From: Bosea sp. (in: a-proteobacteria)
Lineage (GTDB): Bacteria; Pseudomonadota; Alphaproteobacteria; Rhizobiales; Beijerinckiaceae
Direction: 5' to 3'
Length of the DNA: 64,000 nt
Assembly (NCBI RefSeq): GCF_035944895.1
Contig: NZ_DASZAT010000017.1
Span: 1,479 to 65,478 of the forward strand
The translations under genes and the position numbers were made by a program. Below the pieces are notes generated by a model. It did not search any database, was not told the DNA's origin, and was given only the letters and a program-made list of their open reading frames with translations. This document shows positions 43,816 through 57,784 of the stretch, one piece after another; position 1 is the first letter of the stretch; every line of letters begins with the position of its first letter.

Positions 43816-44223
43816 ATGATCCGCATCGACCAGCGCAGCCCGATATCCTCGACCACGTCGACCAGTCGCAGCGGCACGACCGGTGGCTCGAACTTCCGCC
43901 TGCCGGCGCGCGAGAGCGCTGGCGCAGCACAGGGCGCGGCCGTCAGCCATGCCGGCTCGCTCGACGGACTGCTCGCGGTTCAGGCCGAGGAGGACGGGCA
44001 GGAGCGCAAGCGACGCCAGGCCCGGCGCGGCCATGACCTGCTCGACGGGCTGGACCGGCTCAAGGCTGCCCTGCTTTCCGGGCGCGTCTCGCCGGCCGAA
44101 CTCGAGCGGCTGAAGGCGATGCTGTCGGTACGGCGCGAGGCGACAGACGATCCGCGCCTCGACGAGGTCCTGGCCCATATCGAATTGCGCGCTGCGGTCG
44201 AGCTGGCGAAGCTCGGGCGCTGA
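43816..44223 (+). CDS. fliX: flagellar assembly regulator FliX
   Basis: Divergent from flgI, as in Caulobacter. The C-terminal ...DDPRLDEVLAHIELRAAVELAKLGR resembles FliX. ATG at 43816 (GTG at 43813 is possible). Confidence 0.7.
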   Translation: MIRIDQRSPISSTTSTSRSGTTGGSNFRLPARESAGAAQGAAVSHAGSLDGLLAVQAEEDGQERKRRQARRGHDLLDGLDRLKAALLSGRVSPAELERLKAMLSVRREATDDPRLDEVLAHIELRAAVELAKLGR

Positions 44224-44769
44224 TCAACGGATGAACTGGTCGGCGTAGTCAGCTCCGAGACCGTTGGTGGCGTAATGGGCCCGGCACTTGTCGAGCCGGG
44301 TGAAGACGTCGTCATAGCCGAGGCATTTGCCGTCCGGGTCGACATAGATCATCGCGCCATTGACCTGGAACATGGTGATCATCTCCTCGACATCGGGATC
44401 GACCACCAGCGTATGGGTCTCGCCGGGCGCCTCGTAGACATAGGAGCCCTCGGTCGCGACCCAATCATGTTCGAGATAGCGCCATTTGCCCTTCAGCACA
44501 TAACCATGGACGGGCTGGGGATGGCGGTGGCGCGAGAGCACGCCGGCGCGGCGCACGCGCAGCAGGTTCATCCAGTAGCCGCGCGTCACCGACAGACATA
44601 GCGGCCGGAACCAGACATTGTCATCGACCGGCACCCAGACGCGCTCATCCTCCGGGATGACGTTCGGCACGATCAGCTCGGGCGGGGAATCCTTCGGCTG
44701 CGGATGCCGATAGGGCGTCCAGCGCTCCTCTGTGCTGACCTGGACGGGGACCGGGCTGACCTTGTTCAT
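44224..44769 (-). CDS. cupin-fold 2,4'-dihydroxyacetophenone dioxygenase-family protein
   Basis: 181 aa with the cupin core HRHPQPVHGYVLKGKWRYLEHDW...GETHTL. The stop abuts the fliX stop with zero spacer. Confidence 0.7.
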   Translation of the reverse strand: MNKVSPVPVQVSTEERWTPYRHPQPKDSPPELIVPNVIPEDERVWVPVDDNVWFRPLCLSVTRGYWMNLLRVRRAGVLSRHRHPQPVHGYVLKGKWRYLEHDWVATEGSYVYEAPGETHTLVVDPDVEEMITMFQVNGAMIYVDPDGKCLGYDDVFTRLDKCRAHYATNGLGADYADQFIR

Positions 44770-44857
44770 CGACGTTCCTCCGGTTGAGCTTCTGATTCAG
44801 CTGGCTGGGCGATCGATTCAGGAAACGCCGCCAGGTTGCTGATGTTTCTTACGTCTT

Positions 44858-45577
44858 TCAGACGGCGAGATAGCCGCCGTCGACCGGCAGGATCGTGCCG
44901 GTGATGAAGCGCGCGGCATCCGAGAGCAGGAACAGCACCGCGCCGCCGACATCGCCCGGCTCGCCCCAGCGGTTCATCGGCGTGCGCGACAGGATCGGGG
45001 CGGAGCGGGCGGCGTCTTCGACAAGCGGCCTGGTCAGTTCGGTCGCGATCCAGCCGGGCGCAACCGCATTGACGCGAATGCCGTCCGGCGCCCAGGCGGC
45101 TGCGAGCGACTTGGTGAGCTGGCCGACGCCGCCCTTGGAGGCGGCATAGCCCGGCGCATAGGCCGAGCCGTGGAAGGTCAGCATCGAGGCGGTGTTGACG
45201 ATTGCGCCCTTGGCCTCTGCGAGCTTGTCCTTCGCCGCCAGGCACATGCGCATCGAGCCGGTGAGGTTGACTTCGACGGTGAGACGGAAGGCCTCGATCT
45301 CGAATTCCTTGCCGCCGCGCTGGATCATGCCGGCGCAGTTGACCAGCGCGTCGATACGTTCGCAGCCGGCGACGATCGCCGCGACCTGCGCATCGCTGGT
45401 GACGTCGAGCCGGGCATGGCGGATCGATGCGTGGGCAGGCGTCGCCGCGACCTCGTCGTCGGTGAGGCCGGTGGCGAGGACCTGGTAGCCGGCCTCGGCG
45501 AGAGCAAGTGCGGCGCCGGCGCCGATGCCGCGGGTGCCGCCGGTGACGAGGGCGAAGGGGGAGGAGGAGCTTGTCAT
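44858..45577 (-). CDS. SDR-family oxidoreductase
   Basis: VTGGTRGIGAG cofactor motif and the YAASKGG catalytic region. 239 aa. Confidence 0.85.
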   Translation of the reverse strand: MTSSSSPFALVTGGTRGIGAGAALALAEAGYQVLATGLTDDEVAATPAHASIRHARLDVTSDAQVAAIVAGCERIDALVNCAGMIQRGGKEFEIEAFRLTVEVNLTGSMRMCLAAKDKLAEAKGAIVNTASMLTFHGSAYAPGYAASKGGVGQLTKSLAAAWAPDGIRVNAVAPGWIATELTRPLVEDAARSAPILSRTPMNRWGEPGDVGGAVLFLLSDAARFITGTILPVDGGYLAV

Positions 45578-45794
45578 GGCTCCAATCTAAATCGGTTCGC
45601 AGCATTGCCAACTGCGTTGCAGGGCGGGGCGCCCTGCGTCGGCGAAGTCGGAGCCATCGTCCTGCGGCCACGCGTTGCCCAAAAGGCCGGCTTCCCCCTG
45701 CGGCCGGAACCCGCTAGGAAGCGCGCGGGCCGGCGGTAGCGTCAAGCTATTGCCTGCAATCGTTCCAGACTGACCAGAGCAGGGGTCGCATCAC

Positions 45795-47009
45795 ATGAGC
45801 AAGATCAAGGTCGCCAACCCGGTCGTCGACATGGACGGCGACGAGATGACCCGCATCATCTGGCAGCACATCAAGGACAAGCTGATCTTCCCGTATCTCG
45901 ACCTCGAGCTCGATTATTTCGACCTCTCGGTCCAGAACCGCGACGCGACCGACGATCAGGTCACGATCGACGCCGCCAACGCCACCAAGAAGCATGGCGT
46001 CGCGGTCAAGTGCGCCACCATCACGCCGGACGAGGCGCGCGTGAAGGAGTTCAATCTCAAGTCGATGTGGAAGAGCCCCAACGGCACGATCCGCAACATC
46101 CTCGGCGGCGTGATCTTCCGCGAGCCGATCATCTGCAAGAACGTGCCGCGCCTGGTTCCCGGCTGGACCCAGCCGATCGTCATCGGCCGCCATGCCTATG
46201 GCGACCAGTATCGCGCCACCGACTTCAAGTTCCCCGGCAAGGGCATGCTCTCGATCAAGTTCGTCGGCGAGGACGGCAATGTCATCGAGAAGGAGGTCTT
46301 CAAGGCCCCCGACGCCGGTGTCGCCATGGCGATGTACAATCTCGACGATTCGATCCGCGATTTCGCCCGGGCCTCGCTGAATTACGGCCTGATGCGTAAG
46401 TACCCGGTCTATCTCTCGACCAAGAACACCATCCTCAAGACCTATGACGGGCGCTTCAAGGACATCTTCCAGGAGATCTTCGACGCCGAGTTCAAGGCGG
46501 AGTTCGACAAGCTCGGCATCACCTATGAGCACCGCCTGATCGACGACATGGTGGCGTCGGCGATGAAGTGGTCGGGTGGCTATGTCTGGGCCTGCAAGAA
46601 CTACGACGGCGACGTGCAGTCGGACACGGTGGCGCAGGGCTTCGGCTCGCTCGGCCTGATGACCTCGGTGCTGATGACGCCGGACGGCAAGACCGTCGAG
46701 GCCGAGGCCGCGCACGGCACGGTGACCCGCCACTACCGCGAGCACCAGAAGGGCAAGGAGACCTCGACCAACTCGATCGCCTCGATCTTCGCCTGGACGC
46801 GTGGTCTCGCCCACCGCGCCAAGCTCGACAACAATGCCGAGCTCGCCAAGTTCGCGACCCTGCTCGAGAAGGTCACAGTCGACACGGTCGAGGCCGGCGA
46901 CATGACCAAGGACCTGGCGCTGCTGGTCGGCCCCGACCAGAAGTTCCTCTCGACCACCGGTTTCCTCGACAAGGTCAGCGACAACCTGCGCAAGGCGATG
47001 GCCGCGTAA
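45795..47009 (+). CDS. icd: NADP-dependent isocitrate dehydrogenase (404-aa homodimeric type)
   Basis: [23 protein letters not shown]... and strong full-length similarity to type II IDH. Confidence 0.95.
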   Translation: MSKIKVANPVVDMDGDEMTRIIWQHIKDKLIFPYLDLELDYFDLSVQNRDATDDQVTIDAANATKKHGVAVKCATITPDEARVKEFNLKSMWKSPNGTIRNILGGVIFREPIICKNVPRLVPGWTQPIVIGRHAYGDQYRATDFKFPGKGMLSIKFVGEDGNVIEKEVFKAPDAGVAMAMYNLDDSIRDFARASLNYGLMRKYPVYLSTKNTILKTYDGRFKDIFQEIFDAEFKAEFDKLGITYEHRLIDDMVASAMKWSGGYVWACKNYDGDVQSDTVAQGFGSLGLMTSVLMTPDGKTVEAEAAHGTVTRHYREHQKGKETSTNSIASIFAWTRGLAHRAKLDNNAELAKFATLLEKVTVDTVEAGDMTKDLALLVGPDQKFLSTTGFLDKVSDNLRKAMAA

Positions 47010-47041
47010 GCGGCCTGAAGCCTCGTTCGTAGAACGCAGAA

Positions 47042-47069
47042 GCCCGGCCAGATTGGCCGGGCTTTTTTC
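47042..47069 (+). terminator. intrinsic terminator of icd
   Basis: AGCCCGGCCA-gat-TGGCCGGGCT followed by TTTTT. Confidence 0.8.
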
Positions 47070-47125
47070 TTACGCTGCAGGGGGCGGGGAGCTGGGGGGC
47101 TCCCGGAGCCTGGCCGGTCTTTTCC

Positions 47126-50100
47126 TCAGAACCGCATCTCGACCCTGCCCTTGAGGGCGTGGTCTCTGGAGCGTTCGCCGATGGCGGCGGAGTAGGTCAG
47201 GCCGAGCGCGGTGGCCTGCGATATCCGCCAATCGAGCCCGGCCTCGGCGACGAGGGCCTCGCGATCGATCGGGGCGGCGAAGACGGCGGCCGGGGTCGTG
47301 CCGGCGACAAAGGCGGTGCGGGCCTGCGGGGTGAGATCGCCAAAACCGTGGCGCCAGCCGAGCATCGCCCGGGCGAACAGTGGCATCGCTCCGAGCTGCG
47401 CCTCGGCCCGCAGGCCCAGTGTGGTGAAGCCAAGCGTCTGGTCGCTGGAGAGCACGCGCAGGGCCGCCGCCCCGCCGCGTTCCGTGCCGGCGTCTGTGCT
47501 GACGCGGATCAGGGCGAGCTGGGCGAAGGGTTCGAGCGCAATGCCCTGGAAAGCGAAGGCGTAGCCGAGCTCGGCGAAGCCTTGCGTCACCGAGCCCGGC
47601 CGCTGCAGGCGCAGCAGATCGCCGAAGCCGCGGATCTGAACCTGGCGGCGGATGTCGCTCTCGGACCAGGTGTAAGCCGCACCGGCGTCGAAGCGAAGGT
47701 TGCCGAAGCGCGTACCGGCATAGAGCGCGGCATGGCCGCTCTCGAGCTTGCCCGAGGACAGGCGGGCATCGAGATCGAAGCGTGACTGGCTATAGCCGCC
47801 GGCGACGCCGACCTTCAGCGAGGAGCCCGGCGCGTCATAGAGCATGACATCGGCGCCGAGCAGGGCGCCGCCGCTGCGGCGGCTGAGCGAGGCAGCGTTG
47901 CCGTCGGCGTCGGTGTTGCCGGTGCTGCCGAAGGCCGTGCCCCAGAGCGCATAGCGCGGCTGCGGCACCGGGGCGGGCATTACGATCGCGCCCTTGCGGC
48001 CGGGAAGGTCGGCAGTGAAGGCGCCCGCGACCTGCTGACCCGGCGCGGTCAGCAGCGGGCCGCGCAGATGGCCGAGGATCGTCTCGCGTACCAGCCGGCT
48101 CTCGTCGATCATCACGCTGACCGCCTGCGCATGCGCCTCGCCCGAAAGCAGGTCGAAGCCGGCGCGCGCCTCGGCAGCCGTCGCTGAGATCAGCGCGTCA
48201 TAGACCGGGTTGCCGACGCCCAGCCGCTCGGCCGCGATCGCGATGAAGCCCTGGTTGCGGGTCTGTGCGATATAGGTGCCAGAGGCGCCGCCGCCCGAGG
48301 TGCCGCCGCCATCTGGCCCGAAGCCGGTGTCGTTGCGGGTCATGGTCAGCGTCACGTTCTGGCTGCCATAGCTCAGCGAGGGCGTCAGGAAGGCGAGGTT
48401 CGAGGTGACGCTGCTGAAGCTGCCGGTCACCCCGCCCGAGGCGGTCAGGATGGTGTAGCTGGTCGCGGCCGCGTAATTGCCGTTCTCCGCGAGCACCTGC
48501 ACTGTGCCGCCAGTAATGGTCGCTGAGCCGGAGGCCACGATCCTGTCGCTCTGTCCGGCCGCGTTGACCTCGACCTGATAGGTCGAGCCCGAGGCGAAGG
48601 CGACGTTGCCCGAGACGGTCAGCGTCCCGATCGAGTTGCCCGGCGCCACCGTCGCGCCGCTGGCGACGCTGACGCCGCCGATCGTACCGGAGCCGCCGAG
48701 CGTGCCGCCATCGAGCGTGACGCTGCTCGCCAGCGAACCGTTGACCACCAATTTGCCGCCGGAGACCTTGGTCGCGCCGGTGTAGGTGTTGCTGCCCGTC
48801 AGCGTCAGCGTCCCCGTGCCGGTCTTGGTGACGCCGCCCGTGCCGGTGATCTTGCCGGAGAAGGTGGTCGAGCTGTTGTTTGCGCCTGCCGTCAGCGTGC
48901 CCGAGCCGAGCGTGACCGTGCCGGTGCCGGCGAGCGAGCCGATGGTCTGGTTGAGGCCGGCGAGATCGAGCGTCGTGCCCGTCCCGACCGTGAAGGTCGA
49001 ATTGGCGGAGAATGCGTCGGCGGCGCCGGCCCGCAGTGTTCCCTCCGACACGGTGGTCGTGCCGGAATAGCTGCTGGCGCCCTTGAGCACCAATGTGCCG
49101 GCGCCGGTCTTGGAGAGCGAGCCCGTGCCCGAGAGGGACTGGCTCACGATGAAGCTGTTGCCGGCCTCGACGATGTCGAAGCCGCCGCCATTGCTGCCGA
49201 GGATGATGTTGCGGGTCAGCTCGTGGAGCGCCGTCCCCGTCACCTGCAGCACGCCGCCGTCCAGCATCAGAGCCCCGGAGGGGCTGCCGAGATTGACGTC
49301 CTTGGAGATGCTGATCTTGCCGCCGGCGATCGTCGTCCCGCCGGAATAGGTGTTCTCCTGCGTCAGGGTGAGCGTCCCCGTGCCGACCTTCCGCAGGCTA
49401 CCGGAGTCCCAGATCATGCCGCTGAAGGTGGTCGAGGCATTGGTCGCGCCCGTCTCAAGCGTCGAGCCACTCTCGATCCGCAGTTGCCCGTCGCCCGCGA
49501 TCGAACCCGCCGTCACCGTGCCGAGCGTGTCGTTCACCTGGAGTAGCGCGCCCGAGGCGACCGTGTAGTCGGATGCCGCCGACATCGCGCCGGAACCGCC
49601 GATGTAGAGCGTCCCGGCCGACACCGTGGTCGCGCCCGAATAGGTGTTCGTGCCGGTCAGCGTCAGCGTGCCGCTGCCGGTCTTGGTCAGCCCGCCAGTC
49701 CCCGAGATCGTGCCCAAGAACGTCGTCGAGGTGTTGTTGCCGCCCGCGGTCAGCGTAGCGGAGCCGAGCGTGACCGCGCCGGGACCGGCGAGCGAGCCGA
49801 TCGTCTGGTCGAAGCCGGCAAGGTCGAGCGTCGCGCCCGACATGATCGTGACCGCGGAGCCCGGCGAGAATGCATTCGCCTGCCCGGCGCGCAGGATGCC
49901 GTTCGAGACCGTCGTCGTGCCGGTATAGCTGTTGGTGCCGGACAGGACGAGCGTGCCATCACCGGCCTTGGTGAATTTGCCCGAGCCGGAGAAGGATTGC
50001 GTCACGGTGAAGGTATTGGCAGCGTCGGCAATATCGAAGCCGCCGCCATTGCTGCCGAGGTAGATAGTGCGCGTCAGCCCGGTCAGCGTCGTACCGGTCA

Positions 50101-51355
50101 CCTGAAGCATGCCGCCGTCCAGCTCCAGTGCTCCGGAGGTCGCGCCGAGATTGCCTTCCGCACTGATGCTGATCGCCCCCTCCGCGATCCTCGTCCCGCC
50201 GGTATAGGTGTTCTCGCCGGTCAGCGTCAGCGTGCCCTCGCCGGTCTTGACCACGATGCCGCCGCCGCTGACGACGCTGCTGATGGTGGCATCGATCGTC
50301 TGGGCGAAGGTCAGCGTGCCGGTGTCGATGACGATGCCGCCGAAGATGGTGGCAATGGGGCTGCCCATCGTTAGCTTGTTGCTGCCGCCGGTGAAGTGGA
50401 TCGCCGCGGCCCGCACCGAGCCGTCGCCCGAGAGGCCGCCTATGATCGTACCATTATTGGTGATCGAAAGGTCGGCACCGATGATGCCCTCGCCGCCCGC
50501 TGCGGCGACGCCCAGAGCGTTCTCGCCGGGGCCGGGGGCGCAACAAAAGGAAGCAGGCAGATTCGTGCCGCCACGCCTGCCATCTCCGCCACTAACCGCG
50601 CCGTTGACGATGAGCGTCGTCGTCGCGCCGCCACTGGTGAAGACCAGGCCAGCGCCGCCGGCGCCGCCGGCGCCAGCGCCGCCAGCGTCCGCCACATGCG
50701 AGCCGCCATTGCCGCCATTGCCGCCCAGGACCGTGCCGCCGATGGTCAGGGTCTGCGCCGCGCTGCCATCGGTGAAGAGCAGGCCGATGCCGCCGGAGCC
50801 GCCGGAGCCGCCGACCTCATAAAAAGAACCGCCGCCATGGCCACCGTTGCCGCCGGTGATCGTGCCGGAAACCGTTCCCGTCGTGCCCGCACCTGTGACC
50901 ACGGCGCCATAGCCACCGGCGCCGCCGCCGCCGCCGGAATAGAGGCCGCCGGAAGTGCCGTCGCCGCCATTGCTGCCGGAGCTGGAACCGGTAGGCAGGC
51001 TGGCGCCGACGCTACCATGCACGCCGCCATCGCCGCCTCGGCCCTCGCTGAGACTGCCGAAGCCGGCTAGCCCGCCGGCGCCACCAGTGACAGCGCCGGC
51101 GCCGCCGCCGCCGCCGCCCGCATTGCCTCCTGGGGATACTTGGCCTCTGACGCCCGCACCACCGGCGCCCGTCGGGTTGTCGATGCCGCCAGCGCCGCCG
51201 GAGCCGGGGTTACCGCTTCGGTCGCCGCCGCGCCCGCCATCGGCGAGCGCCTGGCCGGCAGACAGGAGCAGGACGAGCGCCGTGCCAGCGAGCAGGCGCG
51301 AAGCGAGCCGCGCATGAGATGTCCCGGCGACCGCAGGAGTGATGACGGATATCAT
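47126..51355 (-). CDS. autotransporter (type Va) with PATR-type beta-strand repeats and C-terminal beta-barrel
   Basis: Start trimmed to MISVITPAVAG...ALA (signal). Gly-rich N-terminal modules. Many GTLTLTGxNTYxGxTxVxxGxL repeats. The C-terminal ~280 aa form a barrel ending ...LKGRVEMRF. Confidence 0.85.
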   Translation of the reverse strand: MISVITPAVAGTSHARLASRLLAGTALVLLLSAGQALADGGRGGDRSGNPGSGGAGGIDNPTGAGGAGVRGQVSPGGNAGGGGGGAGAVTGGAGGLAGFGSLSEGRGGDGGVHGSVGASLPTGSSSGSNGGDGTSGGLYSGGGGGAGGYGAVVTGAGTTGTVSGTITGGNGGHGGGSFYEVGGSGGSGGIGLLFTDGSAAQTLTIGGTVLGGNGGNGGSHVADAGGAGAGGAGGAGLVFTSGGATTTLIVNGAVSGGDGRRGGTNLPASFCCAPGPGENALGVAAAGGEGIIGADLSITNNGTIIGGLSGDGSVRAAAIHFTGGSNKLTMGSPIATIFGGIVIDTGTLTFAQTIDATISSVVSGGGIVVKTGEGTLTLTGENTYTGGTRIAEGAISISAEGNLGATSGALELDGGMLQVTGTTLTGLTRTIYLGSNGGGFDIADAANTFTVTQSFSGSGKFTKAGDGTLVLSGTNSYTGTTTVSNGILRAGQANAFSPGSAVTIMSGATLDLAGFDQTIGSLAGPGAVTLGSATLTAGGNNTSTTFLGTISGTGGLTKTGSGTLTLTGTNTYSGATTVSAGTLYIGGSGAMSAASDYTVASGALLQVNDTLGTVTAGSIAGDGQLRIESGSTLETGATNASTTFSGMIWDSGSLRKVGTGTLTLTQENTYSGGTTIAGGKISISKDVNLGSPSGALMLDGGVLQVTGTALHELTRNIILGSNGGGFDIVEAGNSFIVSQSLSGTGSLSKTGAGTLVLKGASSYSGTTTVSEGTLRAGAADAFSANSTFTVGTGTTLDLAGLNQTIGSLAGTGTVTLGSGTLTAGANNSSTTFSGKITGTGGVTKTGTGTLTLTGSNTYTGATKVSGGKLVVNGSLASSVTLDGGTLGGSGTIGGVSVASGATVAPGNSIGTLTVSGNVAFASGSTYQVEVNAAGQSDRIVASGSATITGGTVQVLAENGNYAAATSYTILTASGGVTGSFSSVTSNLAFLTPSLSYGSQNVTLTMTRNDTGFGPDGGGTSGGGASGTYIAQTRNQGFIAIAAERLGVGNPVYDALISATAAEARAGFDLLSGEAHAQAVSVMIDESRLVRETILGHLRGPLLTAPGQQVAGAFTADLPGRKGAIVMPAPVPQPRYALWGTAFGSTGNTDADGNAASLSRRSGGALLGADVMLYDAPGSSLKVGVAGGYSQSRFDLDARLSSGKLESGHAALYAGTRFGNLRFDAGAAYTWSESDIRRQVQIRGFGDLLRLQRPGSVTQGFAELGYAFAFQGIALEPFAQLALIRVSTDAGTERGGAAALRVLSSDQTLGFTTLGLRAEAQLGAMPLFARAMLGWRHGFGDLTPQARTAFVAGTTPAAVFAAPIDREALVAEAGLDWRISQATALGLTYSAAIGERSRDHALKGRVEMRF
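48780..50400. repeat. internal tandem duplication (~858-bp / 286-aa unit) within the autotransporter passenger
   Basis: Two collinear protein segments (TGENTYTGGTRIAEGAISIS... and TQENTYSGGTTIAGGKISIS...). The shadow ORFs 48786/49644 and 49350/50208 are each offset by exactly 858 nt. The boundaries are approximate. Confidence 0.7.
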
Positions 51356-51507
51356 GAGAGTGCCCAGCCCAAGCGTGGATGCAGGCTTAGGCGGGCGCGT
51401 GCAGGAGGCAATGAACAGCCATTCACAACTGGCCAAATGAAGTTTGTGTGGCAGATTTGCTGCGATCCGCCTGGTGGAATCAGCCGCAGCTACAGCCGGG
51501 AGCAGAC

Positions 51508-51966
51508 ATGACCGAGACGACAACTCTCACCGGCGGCTGCCAGTGCGGCGCGGTGCGCTATCGCCTGCTGAAGCCGCCGCACAAGGTCTCGGTCTGCTTC
51601 TGCCGGATGTGCCAGAAGGCCGTGGGCAATTATTTCGGCGCCTTCGCCTCCTCGCGCATCGAGAACGTCGTCTGGACGCGCGGGGCGCCTGCCGTCTTCC
51701 ATTCATCGGCCGTCGCCGAGCGCGGCTTCTGCCGCGATTGCGGCACGCCGCTGAGCTTCAGCTATCCCGGCGCGGGCTCGCTCTCGCTCACGGTGGGCAG
51801 CCTTGACGATCCCGCCGCCTTCCCGCCGAGCCATGCCTATGGCGTCGAGGGCAGGGCGCCCTGGTTCGACGAGCTATGCCGGCTTGAGGGCACGCGGACC
51901 GAGGACGATATTCCGGCGGAGGAACTGCCGGGATATCGCTCGCGTCAGCATCCCGATCATGATTGA
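51508..51966 (+). CDS. GFA-family (CENP-V/glutathione-dependent formaldehyde-activating-like) Zn protein
   Basis: Start trimmed to MTETTTLTGGCQCGAVRY. Further Cys pairs are CFCRMC and CRDCG. Confidence 0.8.
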   Translation: MTETTTLTGGCQCGAVRYRLLKPPHKVSVCFCRMCQKAVGNYFGAFASSRIENVVWTRGAPAVFHSSAVAERGFCRDCGTPLSFSYPGAGSLSLTVGSLDDPAAFPPSHAYGVEGRAPWFDELCRLEGTRTEDDIPAEELPGYRSRQHPDHD

Positions 51967-51969
51967 GCG

Positions 51970-52602
51970 CTACTCCACCACGAGTTCGCGGCGCGCCAGC
52001 ACGCGCGGGCCGGTGAGGGGTGCGTCCATCACATAGCGCAGTTCATAGGTCCCAGGCTCGGCCGGCGCCTCCAGCGTGCTCTCGACATTCTCGGCCGGGA
52101 AGAAATTCGGCCCTTCCGCCTCGGCTGGCGCATCCGGCTTGACCAGCACGACGCGGTCGCGGTCGCCATTGGGGCCGATGCCGCGCACCGGCAGGGGATT
52201 GCCGCGCGCGACCCGGGCGGGGGCAGCGAGCGTTGCCGCTGGCGCCGTCGTCGCCAGCGGCTGGCGCAGCAGGATGACCGGCTTGCCGTCGTTCTCGCCA
52301 AGCAGGCGCCATTCGAAGCTGCCGACCTCGCCCGGGGCCGGCAGCGAGAGCGCCGGGACCTGGCCGAGCGGAGAGGCGACGATCGCCGCTTCCGGCGGAT
52401 CGCCCGGCCTGCTGATGGCGAGGCGGGCACCAGCCGGCGCGCGGCCGACAAAGACGGTCGCCATGGCGCCGGCCATCAGCGTGCGCGGCGCTGACAGGCT
52501 CGGGCCCTGCGGTGGGCGCTGCTGCGGCCGTGGCTGCTGCGCCATGACGGGGCTGCCTGCGCCAAGGAGCAGAGCGAGGATCGTGCGGCGGGTCGCTATC
52601 AT
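51970..52602 (-). CDS. hypothetical secreted protein with two related beta-rich modules
   Basis: Signal-like MIATRRTILALLLGAGSPVMAQ. Two modules end in G.FEWRL and GTYELRYV. The start overlaps the upstream K+ channel stop by 4 nt. Confidence 0.5.
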   Translation of the reverse strand: MIATRRTILALLLGAGSPVMAQQPRPQQRPPQGPSLSAPRTLMAGAMATVFVGRAPAGARLAISRPGDPPEAAIVASPLGQVPALSLPAPGEVGSFEWRLLGENDGKPVILLRQPLATTAPAATLAAPARVARGNPLPVRGIGPNGDRDRVVLVKPDAPAEAEGPNFFPAENVESTLEAPAEPGTYELRYVMDAPLTGPRVLARRELVVE

Positions 52603-53756
52603 ACTGCTGCAAGTCGATGGAGATGGGCGGCGAGTTCCGGGTGGCGCAGCATGAGCAGGCGAAAATCGGCAGGATCAAGGACGAGGAGCTTGGTCGCGAC
52701 CGTGGCATGCGCCGCGATGCCACCCTGGGCAGCCGCGAGCTCGGTCAGGCAGAGCTCGCCGAAATAGCAGCCTTCGTCGAGCCGGCGGCTGCCATCGGGC
52801 TCGATGAGTTCGACCTCGCCACTGGCGACGAAATAGAGCGAGTGGGCCGGTTCGTGCGGACGCAGCACCACGCCGCCGCCACGCACGGTCTGGGCGCGCA
52901 ATGCATGCATGATCTCGGCGATCTCGGCAGCGTTGAGCCCGCTGAACAGCGGCACGCGCGCCAGCATGCTCCAGGTGATGACGAATTCGCGCCGGTGGAT
53001 CTCCTGGGCGAAGGCGGTGGCGATGATGCCGACCGGCAGTGCCAGCATGACGAGACCCATCACCGCGGTGAGCGAGGCGACGAGCTTGCCGAGCGGGCTG
53101 ACCGGGAAGGCATCGCCATAGCCGACCGTGGTCAGCGTCACGATCGCCCACCACATCGCGTCGGGAATGGTGCCGAACTTGTCGGGCTGCACGTCGTGCT
53201 CGACGAAGTGCATGGCGGTCGCCGCGAGCAGCATCACGCCGATCAGGATGACGACGCAGGCGGCGAGCGCCTTGCGCTCGGCATGAAGTGCCGCTCCCAG
53301 CGAAGCCATGCCGGGCGAATAGCGCCCGAGCTTGAAGAAGCGCACCAGCCGGAAAAGCAGCAGGATCTTGAGATCGCCATAGCCGAGCAGGGCGGCATAG
53401 AGCGGCACGGTGGCGAGGAAGTCGAGGAGTGCCGGCGGCGACAGCGCATACGCCCGCCGCGCCGCCCAGTCGCCCATGCCGCGATAGCGCGCATGCTCGG
53501 GCGCGACCCAGAGTCGGACCGCATATTCGAGTGTGAACAGCACGGTCGAGACCAGCTCGATCGCGTGGAAAATCCGGTCATGGGCGGTGGCGAAGCGCGG
53601 TACCGATTCCAGCACCAGCGCCGTGATGTTGACGATGATCAGCGCGACCAGCCCGCCATGGACGAGCCGGGCAGAGAGATCGTCGCCTGCACCCCGGTCA
53701 ATGACCAGATGTACCCGCCGCCGCCAGCTCATGCCAGGCTGCGGGGCGGCGGACAT
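52599..53756 (-). CDS. cyclic nucleotide-gated K+ channel (MlotiK1-like)
   Basis: 6-TM layout with a positively charged S4-like helix (LLLFRLVRFFKLGR). TTVGYGD selectivity filter at 53112-53132. C-terminal cNMP-binding domain (FFGELCL). The start could be 53732. Confidence 0.85.
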   Translation of the reverse strand: MSAAPQPGMSWRRRVHLVIDRGAGDDLSARLVHGGLVALIIVNITALVLESVPRFATAHDRIFHAIELVSTVLFTLEYAVRLWVAPEHARYRGMGDWAARRAYALSPPALLDFLATVPLYAALLGYGDLKILLLFRLVRFFKLGRYSPGMASLGAALHAERKALAACVVILIGVMLLAATAMHFVEHDVQPDKFGTIPDAMWWAIVTLTTVGYGDAFPVSPLGKLVASLTAVMGLVMLALPVGIIATAFAQEIHRREFVITWSMLARVPLFSGLNAAEIAEIMHALRAQTVRGGGVVLRPHEPAHSLYFVASGEVELIEPDGSRRLDEGCYFGELCLTELAAAQGGIAAHATVATKLLVLDPADFRLLMLRHPELAAHLHRLAAV

Positions 53757-53763
53757 GGTCGCG

Positions 53764-56415
<2,652 letters not shown>

Positions 56416-56544
56416 CGCAATCTTGGCTCTGGTTCAAGCATGGGGCCGGCAAGCGCCGGCAGGGCTGAAAGGGTTCTAGTCAGCGCACTTATGCCTGTCC
56501 AGAAAGGGCCTGCATAGTTCGCAGGCGCGGCAAGCTGCTGACCT

Positions 56545-56578
56545 CAAAACGGAAACGGGCGACCCGAAGGCCGCCCGT
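56545..56578 (-). terminator. intrinsic terminator of recA
   Basis: The minus strand reads ACGGGCGGCC-UUCG-GGUCGCCCGU followed by TTCCGTTTTG. Confidence 0.75.
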
Positions 56579-56611
56579 CGACTTAATGGCTGAGTGCCCT
56601 GGTTTGAAGGC

Positions 56612-57697
<1,086 letters not shown>

Positions 57698-57784
57698 GAC
57701 GTGCGCTCCTTATGGCAGGGGCGCGACCACATCTCAATCCGCGCCATGGAAACGACTATGGTCATGGTTTGTTCTCTCTCGCAA

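Noticed and set aside
50500-51300. The highly repetitive GGxGG-coding DNA at the 5' end of the autotransporter gene, considered as a possible non-coding repeat array.
   Set aside because: It is in frame and continuous with the signal peptide and the passenger domain. The repeats are imperfect at the DNA level, with no spacer/repeat regularity, so it is coding low-complexity sequence.
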